Assembly: GCA_039815185.1 (NCBI GenBank)
Contig: JBCBZT010000005.1
Location: 172,721-236,720, forward strand
Reading direction: 5' to 3'
DNA: 64,000 nucleotides
From: Cyanobacteria bacterium P01_A01_bin.123
GTDB lineage: Bacteria; Cyanobacteriota; Cyanobacteriia; Phormidesmidales; Phormidesmidaceae
Positions 39,394-50,896 of this stretch are shown in pieces. The position numbers were made by a program, and so were the translations under genes. The notes beneath the pieces are model-generated. The model had not been told where the DNA came from. It worked only from the letters and a program-made list of their open reading frames with translations, and did no database searches. Within the stretch, counting starts at the first letter, position 1; each line of letters begins with the position of its first letter.

Positions 39394-41052
39394 TCATACC
39401 CCGTCAACCTTGAGCAGCGTATGTTCTGGCGTGACCTGGGATTTGGCCCTGGCAGCTGCTGTAAAGCCTTGGGGAATCGAAACCCCATTAGGTAGTTGGC
39501 TGGTGGTTAATAGCGCTCCCATTATGGCGCCCGCAATACCCGGCATGTAGACATCACTGCCGGTCATATAGAGCCCCGGCATCGGTGTTTTGACTTGTGT
39601 CCAAGCGCGATTCTCAGGAGCAAATCGGGCCGATATCATGGGTAGTCCGTAGATGCTGCCTTTGGGATGGGCTGTAAAGTTCTCATTTGTCAGAGGAGTT
39701 GATACTTCGCAATAATCCACCAGATCAGAAAAACCTGGATACTCTCGTTCAACCATCGCCAACAGGACTGATTGGATACGTTGTTTCAGGGCCTTGTATT
39801 GGTGATCTCGGTGCAGCCAGGGCTGATCGCGCCATGGGGCAAAGCTGTCATAGTCGGCAAAGGCGATAATTTCAGCCGTGTGCTTTTTAGCATCAGGATC
39901 TTTAAGCGACGGGAAGGAGAGATAAACCTGGAGGGGTTCGCCATCTTGAATCCAATTCCGCTTCTGGTGATCGACAGCTTGGTGATCAAAGGTGTTGTAG
40001 ATCCAGTGATTTTCGCCTTTAAACCCTAACTGGCGCGGATCGCCTGAGAAGCCAATGTATAGACCGACATTGGTCGCTAAAGATTGATGCTGGACAAACT
40101 GTTCTAAAGCCTCCCGGAAAGGAATTGGGTAGCGAGATGGAATAAATTTCAGATAGGTGTTGTAGGCGCCAGCATTGGACACCACAATGGGGGCGTAGTA
40201 TTCCTCATACTTTTGATCTTTTGCTTTCAAGTTGCGCACTCGTACCCCAGCAGCTTGCCCACCATCTAGCAAAATCTCGGACACTTCCCGATTGATCAAG
40301 ACGTTGCCCCCCTGGGCTTCCACAATTTGCTGAACACTCTGAGCAATCTTGCCGGAGCCCCCGACAGGATAATAGCCGCCTTGTAAGTAGTGGCTAGCAA
40401 TGGTGGCATGGAGGGCAAAGGGACTTTTCTCGGGTGGCAGTCCATAGTCTAGCCATTGGGATACCAGCAGTGCCTTGAGCTGAGGATCTTGAAAGTGCTG
40501 ATCTAGATAGGTTTGGGTGGTCAGGCTTAAATTGATGCCGTGCCAGAGCTTAGCGATCGCACCCAACCCTTTAAACAAAAACGATCCGTTGCGTTTGGCA
40601 GCATCGAGAAACAACGCCGCTGCTCCTTTATCAAGATCTTTGAAGTATTGGCGAATGGCATCGGCTTCAGCAGGGAATCGTTCGAGCAAATCAGCCTGGA
40701 AGCGTTGGGGGTCGCCATAGAGATCAAAGGTCAACCCCGGATAGACAAACTTTTCAAAGGGTTCTGGCATCTTGTGCCATTGCACTTGGTGGTTCGTGAT
40801 CAGATCAAATAGGTTGCGAATGCTAGACCCTTCATTCATTTGCCCCACATAGTGCAGCCCTGGATCCCAATGAAAGCCTTTGCGCTGAAAGGAATGGGTA
40901 AATCCACCCGCAACAAAGTGGCGTTCCAATATAAGCACTCGCTGCCCGCGCAGCTGAGCCATGAGGCTAGCGACGGTCAATGCGCCAATACCAGAGCCGA
41001 TCAAGATCAAGTCATAGTCTTTTCGAACGATAGATTCCATGGTGACCTCCAC
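39394..41052 (-). CDS. Phytoene dehydrogenase / retinol saturase-like FAD oxidoreductase
   Basis: IGSGIGAL, LERHFVAGGFTHSF, STPLT, GSIYG, GLYMTGSD. Confidence 0.9.
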   Translation of the reverse strand: MEVTMESIVRKDYDLILIGSGIGALTVASLMAQLRGQRVLILERHFVAGGFTHSFQRKGFHWDPGLHYVGQMNEGSSIRNLFDLITNHQVQWHKMPEPFEKFVYPGLTFDLYGDPQRFQADLLERFPAEADAIRQYFKDLDKGAAALFLDAAKRNGSFLFKGLGAIAKLWHGINLSLTTQTYLDQHFQDPQLKALLVSQWLDYGLPPEKSPFALHATIASHYLQGGYYPVGGSGKIAQSVQQIVEAQGGNVLINREVSEILLDGGQAAGVRVRNLKAKDQKYEEYYAPIVVSNAGAYNTYLKFIPSRYPIPFREALEQFVQHQSLATNVGLYIGFSGDPRQLGFKGENHWIYNTFDHQAVDHQKRNWIQDGEPLQVYLSFPSLKDPDAKKHTAEIIAFADYDSFAPWRDQPWLHRDHQYKALKQRIQSVLLAMVEREYPGFSDLVDYCEVSTPLTNENFTAHPKGSIYGLPMISARFAPENRAWTQVKTPMPGLYMTGSDVYMPGIAGAIMGALLTTSQLPNGVSIPQGFTAAARAKSQVTPEHTLLKVDGV

Positions 41053-41180
41053 AAATTGAAACGAATTTCTAAAACTTCTCCAGCCGCCAGATCATGGGCT
41101 GGGAACAGGCGTTGTTCAGGTGATGAATCGTCAGCATTAGATGAGTCTCCTAGCTAAACCTCTAATCGCTAAACACCAGC

Positions 41181-41232
41181 ATGTTTACGCCGACAACATT
41201 AATTTAGCCCAGTATGTTGCTGGCGTAAACAT
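41181..41232. promoter_or_regulatory. Paired TetR operator sites
   Basis: ATGTTTACGCCGACAACAT / ATGTTGCTGGCGTAAACAT, 19-bp inverted repeat with 2 mismatches between divergent genes. Confidence 0.75.
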
Positions 41233-41277
41233 GAGCGTCTAAAATCTTCACCAAGTCCTTTTGGAGTTACTCTGCTG

Positions 41278-41931
41278 ATGGCTAAATCCTCCGGTGAGAA
41301 TCCCTACCATCACGGCGATCTGCGTCAATCATTGATCGATGCTGCATTAGCGTTGATTGCAGAGAAGCGGGATGCAAGCACGTTGTCGTTGCGGGAAGTA
41401 GCCCGTCGAGTTGGGGTATCCCATGCAGCGCCCTATCGCCACTTTCCTGATAAGGACACTCTGTTAGCGGCTGTCGCGGAAGAGGGGTTTCACATCCTCA
41501 CGCGCTGTTTACAAGGCGGTGTGGACAAGACGCCTGACGATCCGTTGCGTGAGTTGCAAGCAAGTGGGGTCGCGTATATCAAATTTGCACGTTCGCATCC
41601 TTCGCACTATCGCGTCATGTTTAGTGCGTTTCAGCCCAGTAATAATTCTGCTTATCCCTCGCTGAATACGGCTGCGCAGGCAGCATTTGCGGTGTTGTTG
41701 GATGCGATCGCAAATGGCCAGGCGATTGGCAAGATTAAGGGGGGCGACGCTCACCACTTGGCTTGGGTTACCTGGTCGTTAGTTCATGGGTTGGCTATGC
41801 TGTTGATTGAGCAACAGTTACCGATTGTCGATGAGCAGGATGTCGTTGCTTTGTCGGAGTTGGCAACACGATCTTTAATTCATGGCATACGCCCCGACGA
41901 GAAGAGCGCACCCACAATTCCAAACTTATAG
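41278..41931 (+). CDS. TetR/AcrR family regulator (WHG type)
   Basis: YHHGDLRQSLI...LSLREVARRVGVSHAAPYRHF...WSLVHG. Confidence 0.95.
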   Translation: MAKSSGENPYHHGDLRQSLIDAALALIAEKRDASTLSLREVARRVGVSHAAPYRHFPDKDTLLAAVAEEGFHILTRCLQGGVDKTPDDPLRELQASGVAYIKFARSHPSHYRVMFSAFQPSNNSAYPSLNTAAQAAFAVLLDAIANGQAIGKIKGGDAHHLAWVTWSLVHGLAMLLIEQQLPIVDEQDVVALSELATRSLIHGIRPDEKSAPTIPNL

Positions 41932-42102
41932 AATAGAGCCACTTACAACGTTTGCTTGCCATGGCGATGATTTCTACCCAAGTTAGTAAGCTTGACTTAG
42001 ACAATTTTGACGAGCAGACGAAAATCACAATATGTGTTTCGTTCTGTAAATATGATTGGCTCGCAGAAAAGAGTGTATATACATTTATCTTAGATGAGTT
42101 GA

Positions 42103-42576
42103 ATGCTAAAACGCTTACAGTTGAGTACCGAAACACTTCCAGCTGAATCAGCTTTGGTGGCGCGAGACTATTGCCTATGCAATCACTTGCGCAAGGCAGA
42201 TCGGGTCATCAGGCAGATTTATGATGAGGCCCTACGACCCTATGGGCTCAAGGCTACCCAGTTCACCCTCTTAAACGCAATTCGGCTACGGGAACCGATT
42301 AAGCAGACCGACCTAGCAGAAAGGATGGTGACTGATCGAACCACGCTAACCCGTAACCTGTCCTCCCTAGAGCGACAGGGCTTGGTTCAATTCCAGTCTG
42401 GAGCTGACCGTCGGGTGAAGGAAATCTCCCTGACTGCTCAGGGACATCAACGCTTGGCTGAAGCCTATCCCCACTGGAAACAGGCGCAGACAAAAACGGA
42501 GGAATTACTCGGTAAACACCAAGTCAGCAAACTGTTGACAGAACTAAGCGAAATTACCCGCAAGCTGGGAGCTTAA
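42103..42576 (+). CDS. MarR family regulator
   Basis: CLCNHLRKADR, DRTTLTRNL, DRRVKEISLTAQG; GTGTATAT(A/G)CA palindromes upstream (42073) and downstream (42593). Confidence 0.93.
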   Translation: MLKRLQLSTETLPAESALVARDYCLCNHLRKADRVIRQIYDEALRPYGLKATQFTLLNAIRLREPIKQTDLAERMVTDRTTLTRNLSSLERQGLVQFQSGADRRVKEISLTAQGHQRLAEAYPHWKQAQTKTEELLGKHQVSKLLTELSEITRKLGA

Positions 42577-43069
42577 TTTTCCTCTTGAATACGTGTATAT
42601 GCACTCTGTTTTTAGGAGCTAAATCATGACTAAACCACTCATATCGAACCTTAGCATCAGGCCCTGGGGCACTGGACTGTTAGCGAGTGATGAAATCCGA
42701 AAAGCCTTATCAGACAAGATTTTTAGGAGATTTTTCCGAAAACAGCTCAAATCCTTGCAAGCGGCGGCTTTTGACCACTTGTTACCTCTTTAGAGACCAG
42801 TGCCGACCAGCGCTATAAATGCAGTTTAAGCTTGGCAAAGCTGCAGAAAACTTGATAGATACGCAACAAAAATCAAGACAAGTATTGCGAAGTCCCCCGA
42901 AGAAAAATCATCCTCTGCCAGAAGAATTAAGGCCCGATTTGATGTACTATTTGGGTGGAAAAACCGAGAGGTTATCAGGCCATTTAGCGAGTGTTAAATG
43001 GCCTGATCTTAGAAGGTTGTGAGGACAGCAGAACCAATTTTTTTAGCTATCAATACACTGGGAAAAATA

Positions 43070-43231
43070 TTAGAATTCAATTGAGTTTAGTGTTACCGTC
43101 GAACGAAATTTTTGAGCTAGAGCGTATTCGCCATAGTCGGCTAGATTATCGAGCCCAACCAGGGTCAAGAAAATTTCAGCTATCAGCCAAAGGCCAAAGT
43201 GGGCAGTGAGTTTTGTCCAATTGACGATCAT
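43070..43231 (-). CDS. Small conserved cyanobacterial membrane protein
   Basis: WLIAEIFLTLVGLDNLADYGEY motif. Confidence 0.6.
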   Translation of the reverse strand: MIVNWTKLTAHFGLWLIAEIFLTLVGLDNLADYGEYALAQKFRSTVTLNSIEF

Positions 43232-43586
43232 CGCTAGCTCCTGGGTTGAGTTTGAGGGAGTTGGGGTAACCAAACGTAGATTTTGTCAGCAAGTCGCTGG
43301 GGTGACTGTTTCATTACCCATACCTCTCCACAGTTAGAACACCCAGGCGCTAACCAGAAGACACTTGTGGGAAATGCGGATATTTGGGCAGGGGTATCAT
43401 TTCGCACTCAGGAAAAACCGACAATGACACGCAGGTTTCAATTGGCCCGCCGGGCACTAACACGCTTAGCAAAATCGCAGGCAATAGCAAAAGTCCAGAA
43501 ACAAAACCAGAAACAAAATATTTGATGACGGTTTTTATGAGGATTAACGCTTTGTTGAAATGGTTGGGAAATAATGATGAGACAGT

Positions 43587-44192
43587 TTAGAGTGCATCTC
43601 GGGTGGCCCCAGGCCGATAGGGCATTTCATACAGCAAATGGCTGACCAAGAGCTTTAGAAAAAACAGCGGCAGAAACCATTCCAACCCTGGCGTCGGGAC
43701 AAATAGATAGCGATCGCCCACCAATGCTAACCCGTATAACCCAAGCGCTACTGGACGTTGTAGATAGAGGGGAGACTGCAAAATTAGAATAGATGCCCCC
43801 AGCAGATAACCAGACACACTCCAAAAGAACCCCCAATCTGCCCCCCGAAAAAGCAGCACGACCAGCAAAATATGGATCAAGTGGATCGAAATGAATCCTA
43901 AATGCTGACGCCACCCTTGCCCTGGTCGGTGATACCAACGTTTGGCGCTGGCGGTGGCATTGGTCAGAATACCGCCGACTAGATCAAATCCAAACAGTGC
44001 CATTAGCCCTAATTGCAGTGATGACCACTGCACTGGCAGGGTTAGTGCGTAGGCTGGGGCGGCAACCCCAGCAATTAAAGACGGCGCAACCTGCACGAGC
44101 AATTCTGAGGGGGTTGCCCCTGGGCCGACGAAGCGGTCGAGCCAACCTTTCCAGCCAGAACGAGGCGAGGGGTGAGTCCAATTCGCGTTCAT
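43587..44192 (-). CDS. Integral membrane hypothetical protein
   Basis: Several TM helices; DLVGGILTNATASAKRWYH. Confidence 0.8.
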   Translation of the reverse strand: MNANWTHPSPRSGWKGWLDRFVGPGATPSELLVQVAPSLIAGVAAPAYALTLPVQWSSLQLGLMALFGFDLVGGILTNATASAKRWYHRPGQGWRQHLGFISIHLIHILLVVLLFRGADWGFFWSVSGYLLGASILILQSPLYLQRPVALGLYGLALVGDRYLFVPTPGLEWFLPLFFLKLLVSHLLYEMPYRPGATRDAL

Positions 44193-44201
44193 ACCATTAC
44201 C

Positions 44202-44242
44202 TCACAACAGTTGTTATGCAAAATATATAACAACTGTTGTGA
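44202..44242. promoter_or_regulatory. TetR operator, perfect 16-bp inverted repeat
   Basis: TCACAACAGTTGTTAT (44202-17) / ATAACAACTGTTGTGA (44227-42). Confidence 0.8.
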
Positions 44243-44305
44243 TAATGTGTCAACAGGCCGTCTAGCTTGAGTCAAAGGCTGCTCCCCATTTATTGTTTTG
44301 CTGAT

Positions 44306-44914
44306 ATGTCGATGCCCCAACGCGATCGCCGCCTTGAAGTGTCTGAAGCCGCCTGGCGTGTCATTGTCCGCGAGGGGTTAGATCGCACCAGTATGCGCGC
44401 GATCGCTCAAGAAATGAACTGTACTACAGGGGTTGTCACTCACTACTTCCGCGATAAGCAGGAAGTGATTCGATTTGCGCTAAATCAGGTGACGGAGCGG
44501 TTGCAAGTCCTGATGCAAACTGCTTTAGAGGATGTTTCGGGAACAGATCGACTGGTCAAACTATTGACTGTGTTTTTACCGTTCGATGCAGAACGACAGG
44601 ATATTCTCAAAGTCTGGGTTGCTTTCTTGGGGTATGCCATTGGGCGTGATTCCCTAATGTCTGAGCATCAACAAAGTGCAGCTCAACTTCGAGAGGTGAT
44701 TATTCAAGAGTTGAAGGCGTTACAGTCTGCCAACCTGATTCGAGCAGATGTAGCACCTGAGATTGAAGCCAATGCCCTGTTAGCGCTGGCGAATGGTGTC
44801 AGCCTCGATTCACTGATTCAGGCTAAACGTCTGAGCCCTGACCAGCAGCAGCTTGTGATTCAACGTTATGTCAATGAGTTGCTGACTAACCCTGCTGTTG
44901 TTGATCTTCGCTGA
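44306..44914 (+). CDS. TetR family regulator (BetI-like)
   Basis: GLDRTSMRAIAQEMNCTTGVVTHYFRDKQE. Confidence 0.93.
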   Translation: MSMPQRDRRLEVSEAAWRVIVREGLDRTSMRAIAQEMNCTTGVVTHYFRDKQEVIRFALNQVTERLQVLMQTALEDVSGTDRLVKLLTVFLPFDAERQDILKVWVAFLGYAIGRDSLMSEHQQSAAQLREVIIQELKALQSANLIRADVAPEIEANALLALANGVSLDSLIQAKRLSPDQQQLVIQRYVNELLTNPAVVDLR

Positions 44915-45169
44915 TAAATCTCGCCAACATCAGTGCGACAGATGTCCAGTAGCCCCGTTCAACGAACGCGATCCACGAAGTACCCCCCCCAAGCAAATAC
45001 AACGCTGCTTGCTGCCGCTGGCCTGACTCAAGTTGGATTAGCTGCTGATCCGCCTTGTCCTCCCAAGTCTGTATAAGTTTGTTAAGCCTACGCCAAGTGA
45101 GGTAGCCGCGCACGGGCTCTACACCTTACACTGCAAAGCTAGCAGCATTGATTGAAGACGAGTGACCAC

Positions 45170-46987
45170 ATGGCGCTGATTGTCCAAAAGTATGGGGGAA
45201 CCTCGGTCGGTACCGTAGAGCGCATTCAAGCCGTGGCTAAACGCGTACTCAAAACGGTACAGGCGGGTAATGCAGTGGTGGTGGTGGTCTCAGCCATGGG
45301 CAAAACCACCGATGGCTTAGTCAAACTGGCTAACGAGATTACCCGCAACCCCAGCCGCCGCGAGATGGACATGCTGTTGTCCACTGGGGAGCAAGTTTCG
45401 ATCGCACTACTGAGTATGGCCCTGCAAGCTCTGGATCAGTCGGCCACCTCCCTCACAGGGGCACAGGTGGGCATCGTCACCGAAGCCGATCACACCCGCG
45501 CCCGTATTCTCAACATCAAAACCGACCGGATTGAACGCCACTTGCAAGATGGGGATGTGGTCGTCGTCGCTGGCTTTCAAGGCATTGCCCAATCAAACCA
45601 GCTAGAAATTACTACCCTGGGTCGGGGAGGTTCCGATACGTCAGCCGTGGCCTTGGCCGCAGCGCTGCAAGCAGACTGCTGTGAAATTTACACCGATGTA
45701 CCGGGCATTCTAACGACCGATCCGCGCTTGGTGCCCGAAGCCCAGTTGATGCCGGAGATTACCTCCGATGAGATGCTGGAGTTAGCGAGTTTAGGAGCGA
45801 AAGTGCTGCATCCTCGGGCGGTGGAGATTGCTCGCAACTATGGGGTGCAATTGGTAGTACGCTCAAGCTGGACTGATGAACCCGGTACGAAAGTTGTGTC
45901 TCCTATTCCCCACCCGCGCCCGTTGGATGGTTTGGAAATTGCCCATCCGGTAGATGCCGTGGAGTTTGATACTGACCAGGCAAAAGTAGCGCTACTGCGC
46001 ATCCCCGATCGACCCGGGATAGCGGCGCGACTGTTTGGCGAAATTGCCCAGCAGACCCTAAATGTAGATTTAATTATTCAATCCATTCACGATGGCAATA
46101 GCAACGATATTGCTTTTACGGTTACCCACGGTAATCTGACCCGGGCAGAGGCGGTAGCCACCGCGATCGCGCCTGTCTTACGCAATACCCCAGACGCCAT
46201 CGATGAAGCCGAGGTGATGATCGATCGGCGCGTGGCTAAGGTTAGCATTGCAGGTGCGGGGATGATTGGTCGTCCGGGGGTCGCTGCGCAAATGTTTTCA
46301 ACCTTGGCGGCTGCTGGTATCAATATTCAGATGATCTCGACCTCTGAAGTCAAAGTTAGTTGCACAGTCGAAAATACAGACTGCGATCGCGCTATTGTTG
46401 CCCTTTGCGAAGCCTTTAGCATTACTTCTTCACCCGTCAAACCTGAAGCGAAAGGTGCCCCGATTAATCCAGAAGATTTACCCCCCGTTCGCGGTGCTGC
46501 CCTCGATCGCGACCAGGCTCGCCTTGCCATTCGCCAAGTGCCCGATCAACCGGGGATGGCAGCTCAGATTTTTCAGCTCCTGGCCGACTCCAATGTCAGC
46601 GTTGATATGATCATTCAGTCTCAGCGCAGCCGTCCTTTAGATGGCTACACCACCCGAGATATCGCCTTCACCGTGGCGCTAGGCGATGCTGAAAACGCCA
46701 AACAGGTGCTCGATCAGGTCAGGGCTGATATTGGCTATCGGGAGGTCGTACTTGACACTCAAATTGCTAAAGTCAGCGTGGTGGGCGTGGGCATGATCTA
46801 CCGTCCTGGGGTGGCGGCAAAGATGTTTCGGGCGCTAGCCGATTTAGACATCAACATTCAAATGATTGCGACTTCTGAAATCAAAATTAGTTGCGTGGTG
46901 GATGAAGTGGCAGGCGTCAATGCACTAAAAGCTATCCATAACGCCTTCGGTTTGTCTGGAACCCAGGCAGTCGTAGTGCCGGCGTGA
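45170..46987 (+). CDS. lysC: Aspartate kinase (cyanobacterial four-ACT form)
   Basis: VQKYGGTSV, LGRGGSDTSAV, YTDVPG, duplicated ACT pairs. Confidence 0.96.
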   Translation: MALIVQKYGGTSVGTVERIQAVAKRVLKTVQAGNAVVVVVSAMGKTTDGLVKLANEITRNPSRREMDMLLSTGEQVSIALLSMALQALDQSATSLTGAQVGIVTEADHTRARILNIKTDRIERHLQDGDVVVVAGFQGIAQSNQLEITTLGRGGSDTSAVALAAALQADCCEIYTDVPGILTTDPRLVPEAQLMPEITSDEMLELASLGAKVLHPRAVEIARNYGVQLVVRSSWTDEPGTKVVSPIPHPRPLDGLEIAHPVDAVEFDTDQAKVALLRIPDRPGIAARLFGEIAQQTLNVDLIIQSIHDGNSNDIAFTVTHGNLTRAEAVATAIAPVLRNTPDAIDEAEVMIDRRVAKVSIAGAGMIGRPGVAAQMFSTLAAAGINIQMISTSEVKVSCTVENTDCDRAIVALCEAFSITSSPVKPEAKGAPINPEDLPPVRGAALDRDQARLAIRQVPDQPGMAAQIFQLLADSNVSVDMIIQSQRSRPLDGYTTRDIAFTVALGDAENAKQVLDQVRADIGYREVVLDTQIAKVSVVGVGMIYRPGVAAKMFRALADLDINIQMIATSEIKISCVVDEVAGVNALKAIHNAFGLSGTQAVVVPA

Positions 46988-47373
46988 GCCTTTGATGAAC
47001 CCTATATTGGACGGTTGTTTCGACTATTAAAGCGGGGTTATCGCGATCGCCCGCTTTTCTAAGCTTGATTCATGATCAAGGTATGGAATAAAAGCTTGCG
47101 TGGGAGGTCACACGATGAAGTCGATTAGGCCAAGGGGATTAATCTGTGAGAGTCAGATTGTGATCCGAGGAAAATACTGAGTTGTGTTTTTTACAAAACT
47201 ACAAGCTTCGTCACTGCATATCTCTAAACTGATTGCGCCCTAACAAGTGGCTCGAAGCTTGAGAAAATGAGCCAACTGCGATCGCAGATTGAAGCTAAAT
47301 CCCATCTAGGGGCAGGTTAGAAAAACGACGGTCTGGGGAATAGTTAAGTATCGAGCGAAATTATCCTGGATGG

Positions 47374-47402
47374 GGAGCAGTCAAAAGATTGCTCCTTTTT
47401 TT
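47374..47402 (+). terminator. Rho-independent terminator
   Basis: GGAGCAGTC-AAAA-GATTGCTCC followed by T7. Confidence 0.65.
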
Positions 47403-47618
47403 CTACATTTTGAACACTTTTCAATAGCGCTTTTCTAAACCTTCTCAACGGCCACTGGTAATCCGCGTAAATTGTGCTCTGTTCACATTTATATCGACAT
47501 GTGAATCAGAAAACTGATCGTGAATCGAGTCGTTAGCCCTCAAAATACTGAGTGTCTGTTTAAACCCAGCCTTTAACGGGATAGTCAAATCCTGGGTGAA
47601 CTGATTACCAATACAGCG

Positions 47619-48041
47619 CTAATCTTGAACGTAATCTTCACCAGTGACCAAGGCCACTTCTGCGCGTACAAACTCCCGTCCCAGATAGGCTGCATGATCT
47701 AAATAAGAGAGCGGGCAGGGGTGATCTGGATTTTCAAAGATGGCAATGCACAACTCTTTTGCTGTGTGGCCTGTGTAAATCCGGGTGTGGCTGCGCACTG
47801 GTTTTCCACGTGTGGGCAGGGGCTTGCCAGTGGCTGGGTCACAGGCTAGGCCTTTGTCATTGATCACATTCGTAAAATGCTTGGCGCAAATCAATTGTTG
47901 TTCGCGATCAAGGTAAATCAAAAAGTAGCCAGCGGGATCTAGCTCAATAAAGCGCTTGGATAACTTATCGTCTAAAGCCGCTAATGCTTCAGCGCTAGGT
48001 AATGCTGCATCGGGTTGAGGAGCTGTGATGGGGTCAGTCAT
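47619..48041 (-). CDS. DUF4346 domain protein
   Basis: LDPAGYFLIY, DHAAYLGRE, YVQD end. Confidence 0.88.
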   Translation of the reverse strand: MTDPITAPQPDAALPSAEALAALDDKLSKRFIELDPAGYFLIYLDREQQLICAKHFTNVINDKGLACDPATGKPLPTRGKPVRSHTRIYTGHTAKELCIAIFENPDHPCPLSYLDHAAYLGREFVRAEVALVTGEDYVQD

Positions 48042-48432
48042 AGATCACTATGCCGTTTCTACGCGGCCTTCTATTGTAGCTTCTAGGAATTCCGCTATGC
48101 TGCCCTGCTTCAAAGTACTTTCCTGCTGATAGTCTCCATCTACAAGCTCTCGCAGTAGCGTTATAGAAAGTTACGGTGTCGCTTGCAAAGCTTTTTCTGC
48201 AAGGGGTAGTGCAAGCCCACTTGATTAGATCCCAGATATGAGGCTCTTTGTATTGCCCGTTCGGCACTTTTAAGTAGGGGAAGAATGAACGCAGTTGACA
48301 TTAGGGCCTTTTTTTAGAGGCTTCAATTCGCCACAATAATTGATATTTGTTAGCTAATAGAGCGCTCAGGGAAAAATAAGGTAGTCTACACCGTCTCATC
48401 AAAATTAAGCAGAGCGAGAACCCAGGCTGACT

Positions 48433-50529
48433 ATGTTGCTAAAGAAATTCTCAGCACGACATCGCTCTGCTTCCCCAAAACGCTTTGAATTGCTCCGTAA
48501 CTTTTCAATCGTTAGCTTGAGTGCATTCATCCTGGCAACGGGGCTGCTGTCGTTGTTGTATCGTCAACGGGCAGTGCGTGACCTCGCAACCCTGACAGAA
48601 AGGAATAACGATATCCTGGCACAGGTGCTGTCCAACAAACTCTGGCCGCAATATGGGCCGTTTCTGTCCAGAACCCAAGCACTCAGTGATGAAGACTTAG
48701 CAGCGCACCCCAGGAGCCAGCAGCTTTATGAAGATGTGATTACTCAGCTAGAAGGGTCACCCGTTGCTAAGGTTAAAATCTTTGACTTGCAGGGACGTAC
48801 TATCTTTTCAACGGATGTTTCACAACTGGGCGATGACAAAAGTCAATCAACAGGCTTTTTAGTAGCTAGGTCTGGTCAAATCGTCAGCCAACTAGGACAC
48901 CGCGACACGTTCAAAGCCTTGCAGAGCACACTAGAAGATCATCACCTACTCTCTAGCTATATTCCGATTCGCACCAATGGGTCAGGTGATGTTGTCGGTG
49001 TGTTTGAACTCTACACTGATGTCACCCCCTCACTGGAGCTGATCAATCGATCTCAGCGAGAAACGATCCTGATTAGTTTGCTGATCCTGGCATTGCTTTA
49101 TAGCATCCTCTTCCTCTTTGTTCGCAGAGCAGAGAATTTGCTAAAGCAACAATACCAACAACTGGAAGATTCTGAAGGTCGCTACCGACAGCAAGCTCGT
49201 GAATTAGAGCAAACTTTGGATAAATTACAGCAAACCCAAATGCAAATGCTCCAAAGTGAGAAAATGTCGAGCTTAGGACAACTGGTGGCCGGGATTGCCC
49301 ATGAAGTTAACAACCCAGTCAACTTCATTCGCGGCAACTTATTCCACGTTCAAGAATATACTCAAAACCTATTGAAGTTGCTGCAACTGTATCAGCAACG
49401 TTACCCGAATCCAACTGCTGAAATCCAAGCCGAAACTGAAGCAATCGAGTTGGGCTATATTCGCGAAGATTTACCCAAAACCTTATCTTCAATGGAAATG
49501 GGTAGCAATCGTATCCGCGAGATCGTACAGTCTCTCCGTAATTTCTCTCGCCTGGATGAAGCGAAGGTCAAGGCGGTCGATATCCACGAAGGGCTTGAGA
49601 GCACCCTTATCATCTTGAATCATCGTCTCAAAGCTCAGTCAGACCGAGCAGAGATTCAGGTAATCAGAGACTATGCTAATCTCCCAAAGATTGAATGCTA
49701 TCCAGGGCTGCTGAACCAAGTATTTATGAATGTCATTGCCAATGGCGTCGATGCCTTGGAAGAAGCAATGAAGACGCAAACACACCAGAATGGTCGAGAT
49801 AATCCCAGTCAGATTACGCTGCGAACCTCGTTAACAAACGATCAATGGTTGCAGGTTGTGATTTCTGATAATGGCCCCGGTATCCCGTCAGAAACCCAAC
49901 AACGCATTTTTGATCCCTTCTTCACGACTAAGCCCGTTGGCAAAGGAACAGGCATGGGGATGGCTATCAGCTATCAGATTGTGACCGAAAAACATGGGGG
50001 TAAGTTGGAGTGTTTTTCTACCTTAGGTATGGGGACAGAATTCGTCATTCAAATTCCGGTTCGACAGATGATGAGTAGCTCAAGCTCGTCAGTCAATCAC
50101 AGTAGCCACCATGATGCTGTGCAAAGTACTGAATGTTTAGAAGCGCAGACACGATTTGTTCCAAGGGATAATGGTGTGGATATACTCCCAATTTCGAACT
50201 TATCTAATGAAGGGTTGATTGAAGTTTGTATGGCGGCTGAAGTCATTGCCTGTGAATGCCCAGGGTACTTAGCTCGGCTCTTGAAGCAGGTGCGTGCGTT
50301 TCGTGATTATACGACTTCCTGTATTGAAAAATTCCCAGAGGACAAAGAGACGCATCTTTGGCTTGCTGAACAGGCAAAGAAAGCGGAAGATACCATCTAT
50401 CAGACAATGATTGAGCTGATGAGGAAGGAGAATCTAATTGATGAATCCTCGGATAGCATTCTCCTTGATAAAATTTCGGAAAGAGCCCGGAGAATTATTG
50501 CACAGCAGTTGGGTAACGAGAAACTATGA
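48433..50529 (+). CDS. Membrane sensor histidine kinase with extra C-terminal CECP domain
   Basis: Two TM + periplasmic sensor; [11 protein letters not shown]-box, [19 protein letters not shown]. Confidence 0.93.
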   Translation: MLLKKFSARHRSASPKRFELLRNFSIVSLSAFILATGLLSLLYRQRAVRDLATLTERNNDILAQVLSNKLWPQYGPFLSRTQALSDEDLAAHPRSQQLYEDVITQLEGSPVAKVKIFDLQGRTIFSTDVSQLGDDKSQSTGFLVARSGQIVSQLGHRDTFKALQSTLEDHHLLSSYIPIRTNGSGDVVGVFELYTDVTPSLELINRSQRETILISLLILALLYSILFLFVRRAENLLKQQYQQLEDSEGRYRQQARELEQTLDKLQQTQMQMLQSEKMSSLGQLVAGIAHEVNNPVNFIRGNLFHVQEYTQNLLKLLQLYQQRYPNPTAEIQAETEAIELGYIREDLPKTLSSMEMGSNRIREIVQSLRNFSRLDEAKVKAVDIHEGLESTLIILNHRLKAQSDRAEIQVIRDYANLPKIECYPGLLNQVFMNVIANGVDALEEAMKTQTHQNGRDNPSQITLRTSLTNDQWLQVVISDNGPGIPSETQQRIFDPFFTTKPVGKGTGMGMAISYQIVTEKHGGKLECFSTLGMGTEFVIQIPVRQMMSSSSSSVNHSSHHDAVQSTECLEAQTRFVPRDNGVDILPISNLSNEGLIEVCMAAEVIACECPGYLARLLKQVRAFRDYTTSCIEKFPEDKETHLWLAEQAKKAEDTIYQTMIELMRKENLIDESSDSILLDKISERARRIIAQQLGNEKL

Positions 50530-50850
50530 CGAAACCGTAAATTTCTGTTCAAATGCCCCCGCTAGTCCTTAGATATACAAAGATCAATTGTTTCAACGTG
50601 CATTTTTAGAAAACATCAGGCTATAGCCTGATTGCCTGTGTGTTGCGCATCCCAGCGATACTAGGTGCATTAAGCAATCTGGCCATCGCTATATGTAGCA
50701 GAGTGCGTGACAGTTGGCGGTTTTGGTCTGTTAGGCTCGCCGATCGTCCTGGCATAGATAGCCCGATAGGTTGCCTTATCAATCCAACCGCTGCTGATAG
50801 GGTGTGTTTCTGGTTGGGGGTAGCGTTACCCTCAAGTACAGCATAAATAA

Positions 50851-50896
50851 AGGCGGCACCCAGATTCGAACTGGGGATAAAGGATTTGCAATCCTC
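50851..50896 (-). other. att core: 3' part of tRNA-Cys(GCA)
   Basis: Reverse complement GAGGATTGCAAATCCTTTATCCCCAGTTCGAATCTGGGTGCCGCCT; D-arm and 5' acceptor strand absent. Confidence 0.85.
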
